Below are positions 1 to 11,877 of a DNA stretch of 64,000 bases, piece by piece. A program made the translations under genes and the position numbers. Source of the stretch: an uncultured Actinomycetes bacterium (lineage in GTDB: Bacteria; Actinomycetota; UBA4738; HRBIN12); the NCBI GenBank assembly GCA_963775735.1, contig CAVZKD010000007.1:1242487-1306486 (forward strand), in the 5' to 3' direction. The notes beneath the pieces are model-generated. The model saw nothing but the letters and a program-made list of their open reading frames with translations, had not been told where the DNA came from and searched no databases. How positions within the stretch are numbered: the stretch's first letter is position 1; each line of letters opens with the position of its first letter.

Positions 1-127
1 TTCGCGAACCCGCGGATCAGCCCGCCGATCGGGCGCTCGCGATCCGTCAGAGCGAGCGCGAGTCCCGGCGTGTCGAACGACGTCCAGTGGCGCTCGACGT
101 ACGCGTCGATCCGCTCGAGCGCGGAGC
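1..127 (-). CDS. N-terminal fragment of a beta-lactamase-family serine hydrolase (gene continues beyond window start)
   Basis: Minus-strand translation from GTG at 127: [37 protein letters not shown], typical N-terminus of class C beta-lactamase-like hydrolases. GTGA overlap with ndk stop. Confidence 0.4.
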
Positions 128-538
128 TCACGCCCGGTCGAAGAACAGCTTGAGCTCGCGCTCCGCCGACTCCGGCGAGTCGCTGCCGTGCACGAGGTTC
201 TCGGTGATCACGATCCCGAAGTCGCCCCGGATCGTCCCGGGGGGCGCCGTGGCCGGGTCCGTCGGACCCATGAGCGTTCGCCACACGTCGATCGCGTTCT
301 CGCCCTCGAGCCGCACGACCACGACGGGCCCGGACGTGATGAACTCGACGAGCTCACCGAAGAACGCCTTGTCACGATGTTCGCCGTAGTGCTCCTCGGC
401 GAGCGGGCGGTCGATCGTCAGCGTGCGCATCTCGGCGATCCGAAGCCCCTTGGCCTCGGCGCGGTGGAGCACCTCGCCCACGAGACCGCGGGCGACGCCG
501 TCCGGCTTGATGATGAGCAGCGTCGCTTCGACGGTCAC
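128..538 (-). CDS. ndk: nucleoside diphosphate kinase
   Basis: 136 aa, GTG start, C-terminal part of track ORF 128..4588: LLIIKPDGV...[16 protein letters not shown], near-identical to the NDK consensus. Starts 4 nt inside the folC 3' end. Confidence 0.95.
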   Translation of the reverse strand: MTVEATLLIIKPDGVARGLVGEVLHRAEAKGLRIAEMRTLTIDRPLAEEHYGEHRDKAFFGELVEFITSGPVVVVRLEGENAIDVWRTLMGPTDPATAPPGTIRGDFGIVITENLVHGSDSPESAERELKLFFDRA

Positions 539-1827
539 GTTCCTGAGGCCTCCACGAGCGCCCGGCGGGCGTCGGCGACAGTGTACAGAGAGCCCGTCAC
601 CAGGATGAGGTCGCGTGCACCGGCATCCGCGCGAGCGGCGGCGATCGCCGCCAGGACGTCCGGGAAGGTCTGCACCGCAACGCCTTCGGACGCGATCGCG
701 GCCGCGACCTCGGCGGCGGGGCGCGCCCGAACGCTCCGGGTCGTCGCGGCGTACGCGGCGTCGGTGAGCGGCGCGAGCTCGGCCGTGATCCCGTGCAGGT
801 CCTTGTTGGAGAACACGGCGAGGACCAGGTGCAGCCGCTCCCAGGTGAACGCCTCGGGGAGCGCGGAGGCGAGCGCCTCGGCGGCGGCGGGGTTGTGCGC
901 GCCGTCGAGCACGATCAGCGGATGTCGCGCCACCACCTCGAGGCGCCCGGGGGCGCTCGCGCCGGCGAGGGCGACCCGCACCGCCTCCTCGTCGATCGCG
1001 CGTTCGAGGAGCGCCTCGAGCGCCACGACCGCGGCGCCGGCCGCGAGCGCCGCGTGTTCGCCGAAGAGCGGCAGGGTGAGTTCCTCGTACGTTCGGTGCA
1101 GGCCTCGAACGGCGAAGGCCTGGCCACCCAAGGCGGGGACGCGATCCTGCACCGCCCAGTCGCGCTCCTCCAACAGCAGCGTCGCGATCTGCTCCTCGCC
1201 GACGCGCTCGATGACCTCCAGCGCCTCGGGCACCTGCTCCCGGACGACCGCGACCTCGCCCTGCTTGATGATGCCTGCCTTCTCCCGAGCCACGGCGGGG
1301 ATCGTGGACCCGAGCTCCGGGTGGTCGAGCCCGACCGGCCCGACCACCGCCACGTCTCCCGCGACGAGGTTCGTCGCGTCCCACGTTCCCCCCATGCCCA
1401 CCTCGAAGACCGCCATGCCGACGGGTTTGTCCGCGAACCACAGGTACGCGAGCGCGGTCAGCGCCTCGAAGTACGTCACCGGCCCGACCCGCTCGTCGAC
1501 CAGGCGCAGGTACGGGAGCAGCCGCTCGTACTCGGCACCGAACTCCCCCTCGCGCATCGGTTCGCCGCAGACGACGAGCCGTTCGGTGACCGAGGACAGG
1601 TGGGGAGACGTGAACAGGCCGGTGGTGATCCCCTGCTCGCACGCGAGGGCCGCGGCGAGGCGGGCCGTCGTGGTCTTGCCGTTCGTCCCCGTGACGTGGA
1701 TCGTCGGGTACGTGCGCTGCGGGTCGTCGAGCATCGTCGCGAGCGCGCGGATGCGCTCGAGGTCGGGCTTCGGCATGTGCTCCGGCTGGCGGGCATCGAG
1801 CTCCGCGACGGCCTCCTCGAAGCGCAC
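535..1827 (-). CDS. folC: folylpolyglutamate synthase / dihydrofolate synthase
   Basis: Track ORF 535..1827 (430 aa): [15 protein letters not shown]-loop and Mur-ligase-family layout. GTG start 3 nt after the valS stop. Confidence 0.9.
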   Translation of the reverse strand: MRFEEAVAELDARQPEHMPKPDLERIRALATMLDDPQRTYPTIHVTGTNGKTTTARLAAALACEQGITTGLFTSPHLSSVTERLVVCGEPMREGEFGAEYERLLPYLRLVDERVGPVTYFEALTALAYLWFADKPVGMAVFEVGMGGTWDATNLVAGDVAVVGPVGLDHPELGSTIPAVAREKAGIIKQGEVAVVREQVPEALEVIERVGEEQIATLLLEERDWAVQDRVPALGGQAFAVRGLHRTYEELTLPLFGEHAALAAGAAVVALEALLERAIDEEAVRVALAGASAPGRLEVVARHPLIVLDGAHNPAAAEALASALPEAFTWERLHLVLAVFSNKDLHGITAELAPLTDAAYAATTRSVRARPAAEVAAAIASEGVAVQTFPDVLAAIAAARADAGARDLILVTGSLYTVADARRALVEASGT

Positions 1828-1830
1828 GGG

Positions 1831-4384
1831 CTACTCCGGAGGCGTCAGGTGGACCTCGACCGAGGGGTCGGCGCCCTCGACGAGCTCGGAGCTCGATCGA
1901 CGAGATCGTGCCGGCCTCCCGAAGATCGCGTTCGACTCCGCGCACCACCTTCAGGCGCTCCTCCGTGTCCCGGACCACCGCCCGCTCGACCGGCGTCCGG
2001 AGCGAACGCTTGGCCAGAGCCTTGGCCTTGCGGACCTCGCCGAGCACCCATGCGGCGACCTCGTACACGCTCGGGTCGCCACCGGCGGCTGCGAGGTCCA
2101 GCTCATGCGCCTCCGGCCACGTGGAACGGTGGATCGAACCGTCCCGCCACCAGGACCAGACCTCCTCGGTCACGTACGGGAGGAAGGGGGCGAACGACCG
2201 GAGCAACACCGACAGAGCAAGGCGGAGGGAGGCGATCGCCGACCCCGCGGCCTCGGGCCCGTGCGTCCCGTACGCCCGGCTCTTCACGAGCTCGAGGTAG
2301 TCGTCGGTGAAACCCCAGAAGAACCGCTCGATCGACTCGAGCGCTTTCGCGTGCTCGTAGTCCAGGAGTGCGCGCGTCCCCTCGTCCACGACGCCGGAGA
2401 GGCGAACGAGCATCGAGCGATCGAGCGGGTCGTCGACCTCGGCTTCCGGCGCGTCGAGCGAGAGCGCGAAGCGGGACGCGTTCAGGAGCTTGATCGCGAG
2501 CCGCCGGCCCACCTTGATCTGCTGCTCGTCGAAGGCCGCGTCGATCCCAAGCCGGGCGCTGGCTGCCCAGTACCGAACGGCATCGGCCCCGTGCTGCTCG
2601 AGGTGCGCCATCGGCGTCACGACGTTGCCCTTGGACTTCGACATCTTCTTGCGCTCGGGATCCAGGACGAAGCCGCTGATGGCCGCATCGGTCCACGGGA
2701 GCACACCGTGCTCGAGGTGCGACTTCAGCACCGTGTAGAACAACCACGTCCGGATGATCTCGTGCGCCTGCGGACGAAGGTCCATCGGGAAGACACGAGC
2801 GAACAGGTCCTCGTCCTCCACCCACCCGCCCGCGATCTGCGGCGTGAGCGAGGACGTCGCCCAGGTGTCCATGACGTCCGGATCGCCGACGAACCCACCG
2901 GGCCGGCCGCGCATGTCCTCCGAGAACCCGTCGGGGGCGTCGGACGACGGATCCACCGGCAGGCGAGCCTCGTCCGCGACGAGCGGGCGCTCGTGGTCGG
3001 CGACCCCATCGGCGTCGAGCGGGTACCAGACCGGGAACGGCACGCCGAAGAAACGCTGGCGGCTGATGCACCAGTCCCCGTTCAGGCCCTCCACCCACGA
3101 GGCGTACCGCGCCCCCATGTAGGCCGGGTGCCAACGCAGCTTACGCCCGCGCTCGAGCAGCTCCTGCCGGAACTCGATCGTCTTCGCGAACCACTGGCGG
3201 CTCGAGACCACCTCGAGGGGTCGCTCCCCTCGCTCGTAGAACTTCACGGCGTGGCGGACGGGCTTGGGCTCACCGACCAGGTGACCCGCCGTGACGAGGA
3301 GTTCGGAGATCCGCTTCCGAGCCCTCCGCGTGGGCAACCCCGCGAGCTCCGAGTGGGCGCGGATCGCCTCCTCGACCGTACCGGTGCCCCAACCGGGCTC
3401 TCCCCATCTCGACGGCGCGATCGTGCCGTCCCGCTGCACGACCACACGTGTCGGCAGCTTGAGCTCGCGCCACCACGTGACGTCGGTGAGGTCGCCGAAG
3501 GTGCAGATCATCGCCATGCCGGTGCCCTTGTCCGGTTCGGCAAGGTCATGGGCGAGGATCGGGGTCTCGGCGCCGAACAACGGGGTCACGGCCGTCCGGC
3601 CGACGAGGGACCGGTACCGGTCGTCCGCCGGGTTGACGACGAGGGCCACGCACGCGGGGATCAGCTCCGGGCGAGACGTCTCGATCTCGACGGAGCCGGC
3701 GCCCTCGGCCAGGTCGAACCGCACCCGGTGATAGGCACCATCGATCTCGCGATCCTCGATCTCGGCCTGCGCGAGGGCGGTCTGGAAGTCGACGTCCCAC
3801 ATCGTCGGGGCCTCGACCTGGTATGCGAGCCCCCCCTGCAGCAACCGGACGAACGCGCGTTGTGAGGCCCGCCGGGACCGTTCGTCGATCGTCGTGTACG
3901 TGTGCCTCCAGTCGACGGACAGGCCCGCTCTGCGGAAGACCTCCTCGAACGCCTTCTCGTCCTCGGCGGTGAGCCGCTGACAGAGCTCGATGAAGTTCGG
4001 GCGCGAGACCGCCACCAGGTCCGACTCCCGCCGGTCCAAGGCATCGAGGTCGAACGCCGGATCGAACGGGAGCGAGGGGTCACACCGGACGCCGAAGTAG
4101 TTCTGCACGCGGCGTTCGGTCGCCAGACCATTGTCGTCCCAGCCCATCGGGTAGAAGACCGTCTTGCCGCGCATGCGCCGGAACCGGGCGATGACGTCGG
4201 TGTGCGTGTACGAGAAGACGTGCCCGATGTGGAGGCTGCCGCTGGCGGTCGGAGGCGGCGTGTCGATCGCGAAGACGTCCTCCCGGGGTTTCGAACGATC
4301 GAACCGGTAGGTGCCAGCCGCCTCCCACCACTCGTCCCACTTGTCCTCGAGTCCGTCGAGGCTCGGCTTCTCGGGCACGTTCAT
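1831..4384 (-). CDS. valS: valyl-tRNA synthetase with an apparent +1 frameshift ~20 codons before the stop
   Basis: Real start is MNVPEKPSL at 4384 (residue 69 of track ORF). HIGH motif ([13 protein letters not shown]) and KMSKS ([10 protein letters not shown]) present. The expected C-terminus [18 protein letters not shown] is in another frame, ending at TAG 1833..1831; the frame switch is at ~1880-1890 in 'gagctccgagctc'. Confidence 0.9.
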
Positions 4385-4439
4385 CCGCCGGAGTCTACGA
4401 AACCTCCGCGTCTCGACCGGTCGTAGACTCGCCGCCGTG

Positions 4440-7400
4440 AAGCGTTGCGACGCCTGCGGAACCGCGAATCCGGACGGCGCTTGGTTCTGCGCCTCGTGCG
4501 GGTCGTCGCTGGTGCCCGCGTGTCCTGTCTGCGGCGCCGAGGTCCCAGCCGGGGCCCGGTTCTGCCCGGCGTGCGGGCATGCGATCACGGCGGCCGACGC
4601 CGTTCCGTCCGGCCAGGAACGCCGGTTGGTGACGATCCTGTTCTGCGACGTGACCGGCTCGACCGGCCTCGGCGAACGATTGGATCCGGAGCGGTTCCAG
4701 GAGCTGCTCGCGATCTACTTCGGCGCGATGCGCGAGGAGATCGAGGCCGAGGGAGGAACGGTCGAGAAGTTCATCGGGGACGCCGTGATGGCGGCCTTCG
4801 GGGTGCCGACCGCGCACGAGGACGATCCCTCGAGGGCGCTGCGAGCTGCGCTCCGCATGCGGGAACGCCTCACGCTCGTGAACGCGGAGATCGAGCCCCG
4901 CTTCGGCGTGACGCTGCAGGTCCGCACGGGCGTGAACACGGGCGAGGTCCTCGCACGGACGAGTCCGCAGCCCGGGGATCCGATGGTGACGGGTGATGCG
5001 GTGAACGTCGCGGCTCGCCTCGAGCAGTCGGCCGAGCCGGGCCAGATCGCGGTGGCGGAACGCACGGCTCGGGCGGCACGCGGTTTCCGGTTCCGCGAGC
5101 TCGGTGCGAAGGACCTGCGGGGCAAGAAGCAGGCCGTCCCGACGGTCATGCTCGAAGGGCGGACGTCGAAGCTCGCTGAACGAGGCGTGCCGGGACTGCG
5201 TGCTCCGATGGTCGGCCGCGACGCGGAACTCGAACTGCTCCGAAGCGTCTACCAGCGCTCCGTCGCCGAGGCCCGCCCGAACCTCGTGACGATCTACGGC
5301 GATCCCGGTGTCGGCAAGAGCCGGCTCGCGGCCGAGTTCGTCGCGTGGGCGGAGGAACAGGTGCCCGACCCGAGGATCCTCCGCGGCCGGTGTCTGCCCT
5401 ATGGCGACGGCGTCACGTACTGGCCCCTGGCCGAGATCCTGAAGGACCTCGCGCAGGTCCGTGACTCCGACCCACCGGGGACCGCCCTCGAGCGGATCCG
5501 CGCGTTGGGACACGAGCTCATCACGACCGAGATGGCGACGAACCCCGCGAAGGCCATCGCGGCGCTCGGTTTCTCGATCGGCGTCGTCGATCCGGACTTC
5601 GCGTTCAGAGATGCCGAGCCTCGAGAGGTGCGGCTGAAGATCCATGCCGCGTGGCGGTCGCTGCTCTCGGCTCTCGCGGCGCGCGAACCCGTGGTCGCCA
5701 TCATCGACGACATCCATTGGGCGGATCCGGCGTTGCTCGATCTGCTGGAGGAGCTCGCCGACCGGGTCCTCGGTCCGGTGGTGTTCCTGTGCCCCGCCAG
5801 ACCGCAGCTCACCGAGGGCCGGCCCGGCTGGGGTGGTGGGCGACGCAACGTCTCTTCGATCGCGCTCGATCCCCTCACCGGGGAAGAGTCGGATCGTCTG
5901 GTGGGCTCCCTCCTCGCGATCGACGATCTCCCCGCCTCGGTCCACGACGCGATCCTGCGGCGTGCCGAGGGGAACCCCTTCTTCATCGAGGAGATCATCC
6001 GGCACCTGATCGACGAGGGGCGCATCGTCCGAGAGGGAGCCCGCTGGCGTGCCGCGTCCGGCATCGACGACGTCGCGATCCCGGATACGGTCCAGGCGGT
6101 CCTCGCGGCTCGGATCGACCTGCTGGGCCCGATCGAGAAGCGCGCCCTCCAGCGCGCTGCCGTCGTCGGACGTGTGTTCTGGCCGGGGCCCGTCGGCCTG
6201 CTCCTGAACGGGGACCGCCAGCGTCTCCGAGAGACGCTTGACCGGCTGGAGGATCGCGAGCTCGTCCTTTCCCGGCTCTCGTCCTCGATCACAGGGGAAC
6301 AGGAGTTCATCTTCAAGCACATCCTGACCCGCGAGGTCGCCTACGAGAGCCTTCCCCGAAGGGAGCGGGCGGGGGCCCACGCGGCAGTTGCCGCGTGGAT
6401 CGAGGAGATCTCGGGCGAGCGCTCCCGTGAGTTCTCGGAGCTGCTCGCCTATCACTACCAGGAGGCCTACAGCGGCCGGCGAGACGACGCCGATCCCGAG
6501 TCAGAGGAACGGTTGCGAACGAAGGCCTTCGCCTCGCTCATGGACGCGTCAGAGGAAGCCCGCCGACGGTTCGCCCTCGCGAAGGCCGCGGCGATGGTCG
6601 AGCGGGCTCAGGCACTCGCACGCGAGCCACTCGAGCGCGCCCAGGCGCTCGAGCAGGTCGGCATGGTGGCTCTCAACGACTACCGGGGCGACCTCGCGTA
6701 CGCCTCGTTCGGGAAGGCCGCCGACCTGCGTGCCGAGCACGAGCCGGGCGACGGCAGGTCGATCGCTCGAGCGTGTGCACGAGCAGTGGAGATCCCGATG
6801 CGCTGGCCCGGTTCGATGAAGCACGTTCCGCCGGAGCTGGATGTTCGACGGCTGCTCGACCTCGGGTTCGCGAACTCCCCACAAGAGGACAACGAGGAGC
6901 ACGTACGACTCCTGCTCGCCGAGGGTTTCATCGCGTACGCGTTCGGGCATCGACGCCCGATCACCAGCGAGGAGTACGAGCGCGCGGAGGCGAGCGCACG
7001 ACGAGCCACCGAGATGGCCCTCCGGCTCGGACGTTCCGACCTCGCGTCGGCTGCCCTCGACAGCCTGGGAGCCACACAGATGCCGCGCGGACTCTACGGA
7101 CGCTCGCTTTCGGACGTATCGCCAACGTCTCGAGTTGGCAGAGACGATGGAGGACCCATGGGAGCTCGGCGATGTCCACGCGGTCGCGGCTTGGACCAAC
7201 GCCATGATCGGGAACTTCCCCGAAGCCATCCGGCTCGCGGAGCGCGGGGAGGAGCTCACCAGCGGGGAGCATGCAGGCATGGCGATCCACAACCTGTCCT
7301 GGCGTGCCTTCGCCGAGTTCTCGCTCGGAAACTGGGCCGTCGTGGTGGATGAGATCCTTCCCCGCGTCTTCGAGCTGCTGGGTGAGCGGAAGGACGATCC

Positions 7401-8031
7401 CCCGTACTTCACGGCCCACGCGTTCGGGTCGGCGGCCCTCGTCCACGACGCCCGCGGCGATCCCGCCGCGACCGAGCTCATCGCGCTGCTCCGGCGCCAC
7501 GCCGAGACGGCCGAAGGCGAGTGGCCCCGCCTGTCACTGATCTGGCTGGCGTGGGTCCTTGCTCGCCGGGGTGAGATCGACGGCGTGGACCCGCTGCTCG
7601 AGACGCTCGCGTCGGTCCCCTCCGGGATCACCCGGCCCCTGGAAGACCAGATCCGAGCCGAGATCATCGCCCTCCATCGACGGTGGGACGACGCACCCGA
7701 ATTCCTCGGGCGGTCACGCGGCTTCGCTCGGATGGCTGAGCTCATCGCCTTGCCGGTGCACCTGGACCGGCTCGAGGGCAGGACGGCGCTGGCGGCCGGA
7801 GATCTCGGTCCCGGTCTCGAGATCATGCGACGGGCTCGAGAAGGCTTCGAGGATCTCGGCGCCGCCTGGGAGCGAGCCCGGACGGAGCTCGATCTGGCCG
7901 AGGCGCTCACCGTTGCGGGCCGCGATGACGCGGCGCGGACGTACCTGCAAGCCGCGACCCCCGATCTCGAACGCGTGGGCGCCCGCATCGAGATCGAGCG
8001 CTCGCGAGACCTGCGGGGACGGCTGGGCTAA
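4440..8031 (+). CDS. large signalling protein: double zinc ribbon, class III adenylate/guanylate cyclase domain, AAA/NB-ARC-like ATPase and TPR-like C-terminus (frameshift near 7095-7110)
   Basis: GTG at 4440 (VKRCDACG...CASCG...CPVCG...CPACG zinc ribbons). [14 protein letters not shown]...[11 protein letters not shown] matches the cyclase homology domain. [11 protein letters not shown] is a Walker A. The C-terminal ~310 aa continue in track ORF 6841..8031 (helical-repeat region), frame +1 relative to 4311..7352. Confidence 0.75.
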
Positions 8032-8035
8032 CGGA

Positions 8036-8482
8036 TCAACCGCGGGCGAACTGCAGGATCGGCGTGCCGTCGGTGTCCGACATCGACATCGATCGCCCGT
8101 CGACCTCGAACGTCGCGACGGTCGCCAGCAGCTCGAGGTACCGGGCCTCGGCGCTCATCTGCGGTTCCGGGCACGCCATCTGCGTTCCGGCGATCGGACC
8201 GAGCGAGATCTCGTTCCCGGTGGCCTCGTAGCTCGTGTTGTAGTTGTTGCAGCCCGAGATGCCGCTCATCGTGGAGCCGTCGAACTCGGCGTTCACGCCC
8301 ACGTCCACGATCTCGGACTCCCCGGCGGCGTTGAGCATCTGCGTGAGGACCCAGGGATCGCCTTCGAGGTCCGCCGGGTCCTGCGCGCCCCCGTCGTCGT
8401 CACCGCCACAGGCCGACAGAACGACCGCGAGGACCAGGATCGGCGCGACCAGCCAGCTTCGACGGAATGGCCGCGCGCTCAC
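8036..8482 (-). CDS. lipoprotein with META/HslJ-like domain
   Basis: GTG start at 8482 overlapping the clpX stop (GTGA). Signal peptide plus lipobox [10 protein letters not shown]; [13 protein letters not shown]...[13 protein letters not shown] matches the HslJ/META domain. Confidence 0.6.
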   Translation of the reverse strand: MSARPFRRSWLVAPILVLAVVLSACGGDDDGGAQDPADLEGDPWVLTQMLNAAGESEIVDVGVNAEFDGSTMSGISGCNNYNTSYEATGNEISLGPIAGTQMACPEPQMSAEARYLELLATVATFEVDGRSMSMSDTDGTPILQFARG

Positions 8483-9744
8483 GCCGAGCGTTCCTGGCGC
8501 TGACGCTTGGGGGTCTCCTTCACGGGCACGAGCGTGGGGTTCACCTTCGTCCGCACGACGTCGCCGTCGATCACGCATCGCGTCACGTCCTGCCGCGAGG
8601 GGAGCTCGTACATCGTGTTCAGCAGGACCTCCTCCATGATCGCGCGCAGGCCGCGGGCGCCCGTGGCGCGCAGGATCGCCTGATCCGCGATCGCATCGAG
8701 CGCGTCGTCGCTGAACTCGAGCTCAACGCCGTCGAACTCGAAGAACCGGCGGTACTGCTTCACGAGCGCGTTCTTCGGCTTGGTCAGGATGTCGACGAGC
8801 GCGGTCTTGTCGAGGTTGTGGACGTTGGTGATGACCGGGAGCCGTCCGACGAACTCGGGGATCAGCCCGTACTTCAACAGGTCCTCGGGCAGGACCTGGC
8901 CCAGGATCGCCCCGAGATCCTTCTCCTCGACCCGACGGACGTCCGCCCCGAACCCGATGCCGCGGCTCCCGATGCGGCTCTCGACGATCTTCTCCAGACC
9001 GGCGAACGCGCCGCCGCAGATGAACAGGACGTTCGTGGTGTCGATCTGGATGAACTCCTGGTGCGGGTGTTTGCGTCCTCCCTGCGGAGGGACGGAGGCC
9101 GTCGTGCCCTCGAGGATCTTCAGCAGCGCCTGCTGCACCCCCTCGCCGGACACGTCGCGCGTGATCGACGGGTTCTCCGACTTGCGGGCGATCTTGTCGA
9201 CCTCGTCGATGTAGATGATCCCGGTCTCGGCCTTCTTCACGTCGTAGTCGGCCGCCTGGATCAGCTTCAGCAGGATGTTCTCGACGTCCTCACCGACGTA
9301 GCCGGCCTCGGTGAGGGCGGTGGCGTCGGCGATCGCGAACGGGACGTTCAACATCCTGGCCAGGGTCTGCGCGAGGAGCGTCTTCCCGCACCCGGTGGGG
9401 CCGAGGATCATGATGTTCGACTTCTGGAGCTCGACCTCGGCGTCCTTCGCACCCACCTGGATCCGCTTGTAGTGGTTGTAGACCGCCACCGACAGGACCT
9501 TCTTCGCGGTCTCCTGGCCGATGACGTACTCGTCGAGGAACGCGTAGATCTCCTGCGGCTTCGGCAGCTCCTCGAGCTTGAGCTCGGAGCTCTCGGAGAG
9601 CTCCTCCTCGATGATCTCGTTGCAGAGATCGATGCACTCGTCGCAGATGTAGACACCCGGACCGGCGATGAGCTTCTTCACGTGCTTCTGCGACTTGCCG
9701 CAGAACGAGCACTTCAGCAGGTCCGAATCGCCGATCCTCGCCAT
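8479..9744 (-). CDS. clpX: ATP-dependent Clp protease ATP-binding subunit ClpX
   Basis: 421 aa. N-terminal zinc finger CSFCGKS...CDEC, Walker A GPTGCGKT, conserved ClpX motifs throughout. Confidence 0.95.
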   Translation of the reverse strand: MARIGDSDLLKCSFCGKSQKHVKKLIAGPGVYICDECIDLCNEIIEEELSESSELKLEELPKPQEIYAFLDEYVIGQETAKKVLSVAVYNHYKRIQVGAKDAEVELQKSNIMILGPTGCGKTLLAQTLARMLNVPFAIADATALTEAGYVGEDVENILLKLIQAADYDVKKAETGIIYIDEVDKIARKSENPSITRDVSGEGVQQALLKILEGTTASVPPQGGRKHPHQEFIQIDTTNVLFICGGAFAGLEKIVESRIGSRGIGFGADVRRVEEKDLGAILGQVLPEDLLKYGLIPEFVGRLPVITNVHNLDKTALVDILTKPKNALVKQYRRFFEFDGVELEFSDDALDAIADQAILRATGARGLRAIMEEVLLNTMYELPSRQDVTRCVIDGDVVRTKVNPTLVPVKETPKRQRQERSA

Positions 9745-9804
9745 GAGCCCCCGTGCCCCCTGAGCCCAGCGGCCGGGCGAACCCGGCCGTTCCGGACCCG
9801 AATC

Positions 9805-10434
9805 CTACGACGCGCCGGCGGCCGCCGCTGCGAGTTCGGGCCTGATCTTTCGGCTGGTGATGACCTCGTCTACGACGCCGTACTCGACGGCCTCATCGGC
9901 CGTGAGGATGTAGTCGCGGTCCGTGTCCTTCGCGACCTTCTCCAGCGGCTGGCCGGTGTGCTCGGCGATCAGCTCCTCGAGGAGCTTGCGGTACCGGGTG
10001 ATCTCCTTGGCCTGGATCTCGATGTCGACAGCCTGGCCCTGCGCGCCGCCGTGCGGCTGGTGCAGCAGGATCCGGGAGTGCGGCAGCGCGTAGCGCTTGC
10101 CCTTGGTCCCCGCCAGCACGAGCACGGCCGCCGCCGACGCCGCCTGACCCATGCAGATCGTGGACACGTCGGGCTTGATGTACTGCATCGTGTCGTAGAT
10201 CGCGAACAGGGACGTGATGTCGCCGCCGGGCGAGTTGACGTAGAGGTTGATGTCCTTCTCGGGGTCCTCCGACTCCAGGTGCAAGAGCTGCGCCATGATG
10301 AGGTTGCCCACGGCGTCGTCGATCGGCGTGCCGAGGAAGACGATCCGCTCCTTGAGCAGGCGCGAGTAGATGTCGAACGAGCGCTCGCCGCGGCTGGTCT
10401 GCTCGACGACGACCGGTACCAGGTAGTCCTTCAT
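9805..10434 (-). CDS. clpP: ATP-dependent Clp protease proteolytic subunit
   Basis: 209 aa. ERIVFLG...INSPGG...[12 protein letters not shown]...HQP catalytic-triad context. ATGA overlap with the tig stop. Only one clpP copy is adjacent. Confidence 0.95.
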   Translation of the reverse strand: MKDYLVPVVVEQTSRGERSFDIYSRLLKERIVFLGTPIDDAVGNLIMAQLLHLESEDPEKDINLYVNSPGGDITSLFAIYDTMQYIKPDVSTICMGQAASAAAVLVLAGTKGKRYALPHSRILLHQPHGGAQGQAVDIEIQAKEITRYRKLLEELIAEHTGQPLEKVAKDTDRDYILTADEAVEYGVVDEVITSRKIRPELAAAAAGAS

Positions 10435-11795
10435 GACGTCTCCTCCGTGGTTCCGTCGGTAGCCTGGTCGCCCTCGGCGGGCTCCTCGGGATCGCGCCGA
10501 CCGGCGTCCGAACGGATGTCTGCATGCTCGACGAGCACGTCGAGCGCCTTCGAGCGGATGATATCACCGGCCAGTGCGACGACCTGGCCGCTCCGATCGA
10601 GGCTCTTCGCGATCTCCTTCGGCTCCCGCCCGAGCGCGCCGGCGAGCGTCGAGATCTCCCGGGCGATCTCATCCGCGGAGACCTGGATGTCCTCCTGCCG
10701 GGCGATGGCCTCGAGGACGAGGTCGGCCTTGATCGCACGGATCGCATGGTCGCGAGCGTCGGCTCGGAACCGCAGCTCGTCGACCCCTTGGGCCTCGAGC
10801 AGCTGGTCGAGCGTCATGCCCACCTGCTCGGCGCGCTCCGTCGCGTGCGCCACCCGATGCTGGACCTCCTCGTCGACGAGTGTGTCGGGCAGCTCGACCT
10901 CGATCCCGTTGACGACCGTCTCGAGCACGCGGTCGCGGACGTCGGCATCGCTGACCCGCTCGCGATTGCTGCGCAGCTGTTCGCGGACGTCCGCCTTGAG
11001 TTCGTCGAGCGTGTCGAACTCCGAGGCCACCTTCGCGAACTCGTCGTCGACCTCGGGGAGCCTCTTGGCCTTCACCTCTTTCACGAGGACACGGAACGCA
11101 ACCTCGGCACCCGCCCGATCGCCCGCCGCAGGGCCGAGCGTGTCGTTGAACGCGAGGATCTCGCCCGCACGTTTGCCCTCGAGCTCCCCGTCGAGCGTGC
11201 TCCCGAACTCGCCGGAGCCGACCTCGTGGAGGAGGTCGGGTCGTGTGGCCTCGGGGATCTCCTCATCGTGCACGGTGCCCCGCAGGTCGATGACCACGTA
11301 ATCCCCCGTTCGGGCGGGTCTCGCGACGGTCTCGAGCTCCGCGAACCGCTCCCGGAGCGAGTCGAGGAACCGATCCACGTCCTCGTCGGTGATCTCGATC
11401 GGCGGCCGGTCGACCTCGACGCCCTTGTACTGGGATGCTTCGAGCTTCAGGCGTGGCCGGACCTCCACGACCGCCGTGAAGACGAGCGGCTTGCCCTCCT
11501 CGACGTCGCCCAGGTCGATCTCGGGATCGGCGATCGGCGCCAGGTCGTGCTCGCGGAGGGCCTCGCGGTAGTAGGTCGGAACGGAGTCCTCGAGGAACTC
11601 CCCGAGGACGACCTCTCGGCCGAACTGCGCATCGATCACCTGCCGGGGGACCTTGCCTTTACGGAACCCGGGGATCTTCACCTGCTGCGCGATCTTCCGG
11701 TACGCGCGGTCGAGATCCTTGCCGAACTCGTCCGGAGGGACCTCCACGGTGAGCTTCACCCGGTGCTTGTCGGTCGATTCGAACGTCGTCTGCAT
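10431..11795 (-). CDS. tig: trigger factor (ribosome-associated chaperone / PPIase)
   Basis: Real start [19 protein letters not shown] at 11795 (residue 65 of track ORF 10431..11987). Typical trigger-factor N-terminus, followed by the FKBP-type PPIase domain (GFRKGKVP). Confidence 0.9.
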   Translation of the reverse strand: MQTTFESTDKHRVKLTVEVPPDEFGKDLDRAYRKIAQQVKIPGFRKGKVPRQVIDAQFGREVVLGEFLEDSVPTYYREALREHDLAPIADPEIDLGDVEEGKPLVFTAVVEVRPRLKLEASQYKGVEVDRPPIEITDEDVDRFLDSLRERFAELETVARPARTGDYVVIDLRGTVHDEEIPEATRPDLLHEVGSGEFGSTLDGELEGKRAGEILAFNDTLGPAAGDRAGAEVAFRVLVKEVKAKRLPEVDDEFAKVASEFDTLDELKADVREQLRSNRERVSDADVRDRVLETVVNGIEVELPDTLVDEEVQHRVAHATERAEQVGMTLDQLLEAQGVDELRFRADARDHAIRAIKADLVLEAIARQEDIQVSADEIAREISTLAGALGREPKEIAKSLDRSGQVVALAGDIIRSKALDVLVEHADIRSDAGRRDPEEPAEGDQATDGTTEETS

Positions 11796-11877
11796 CGGTT
11801 CCGAGCGTATCGGAAAGGGGCTTCCGGTATCGTGCGCGAAGATCGGCCGACGCCCCATCTCCGAGGATGGATCGAGC

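Noticed and set aside
188-3865. 1225-aa plus-strand ORF
   Set aside because: Antisense to valS/folC. Ala/Arg/Pro/Ser-rich low-complexity translation typical of GC-rich antisense frames. No recognisable domains.
128-4588. Single 1486-aa ORF on the minus strand
   Set aside because: It is valS read through (because of a 3' frameshift) across the folC region and into ndk, which happens to be in the same frame. Split into valS, folC (other frame) and ndk.
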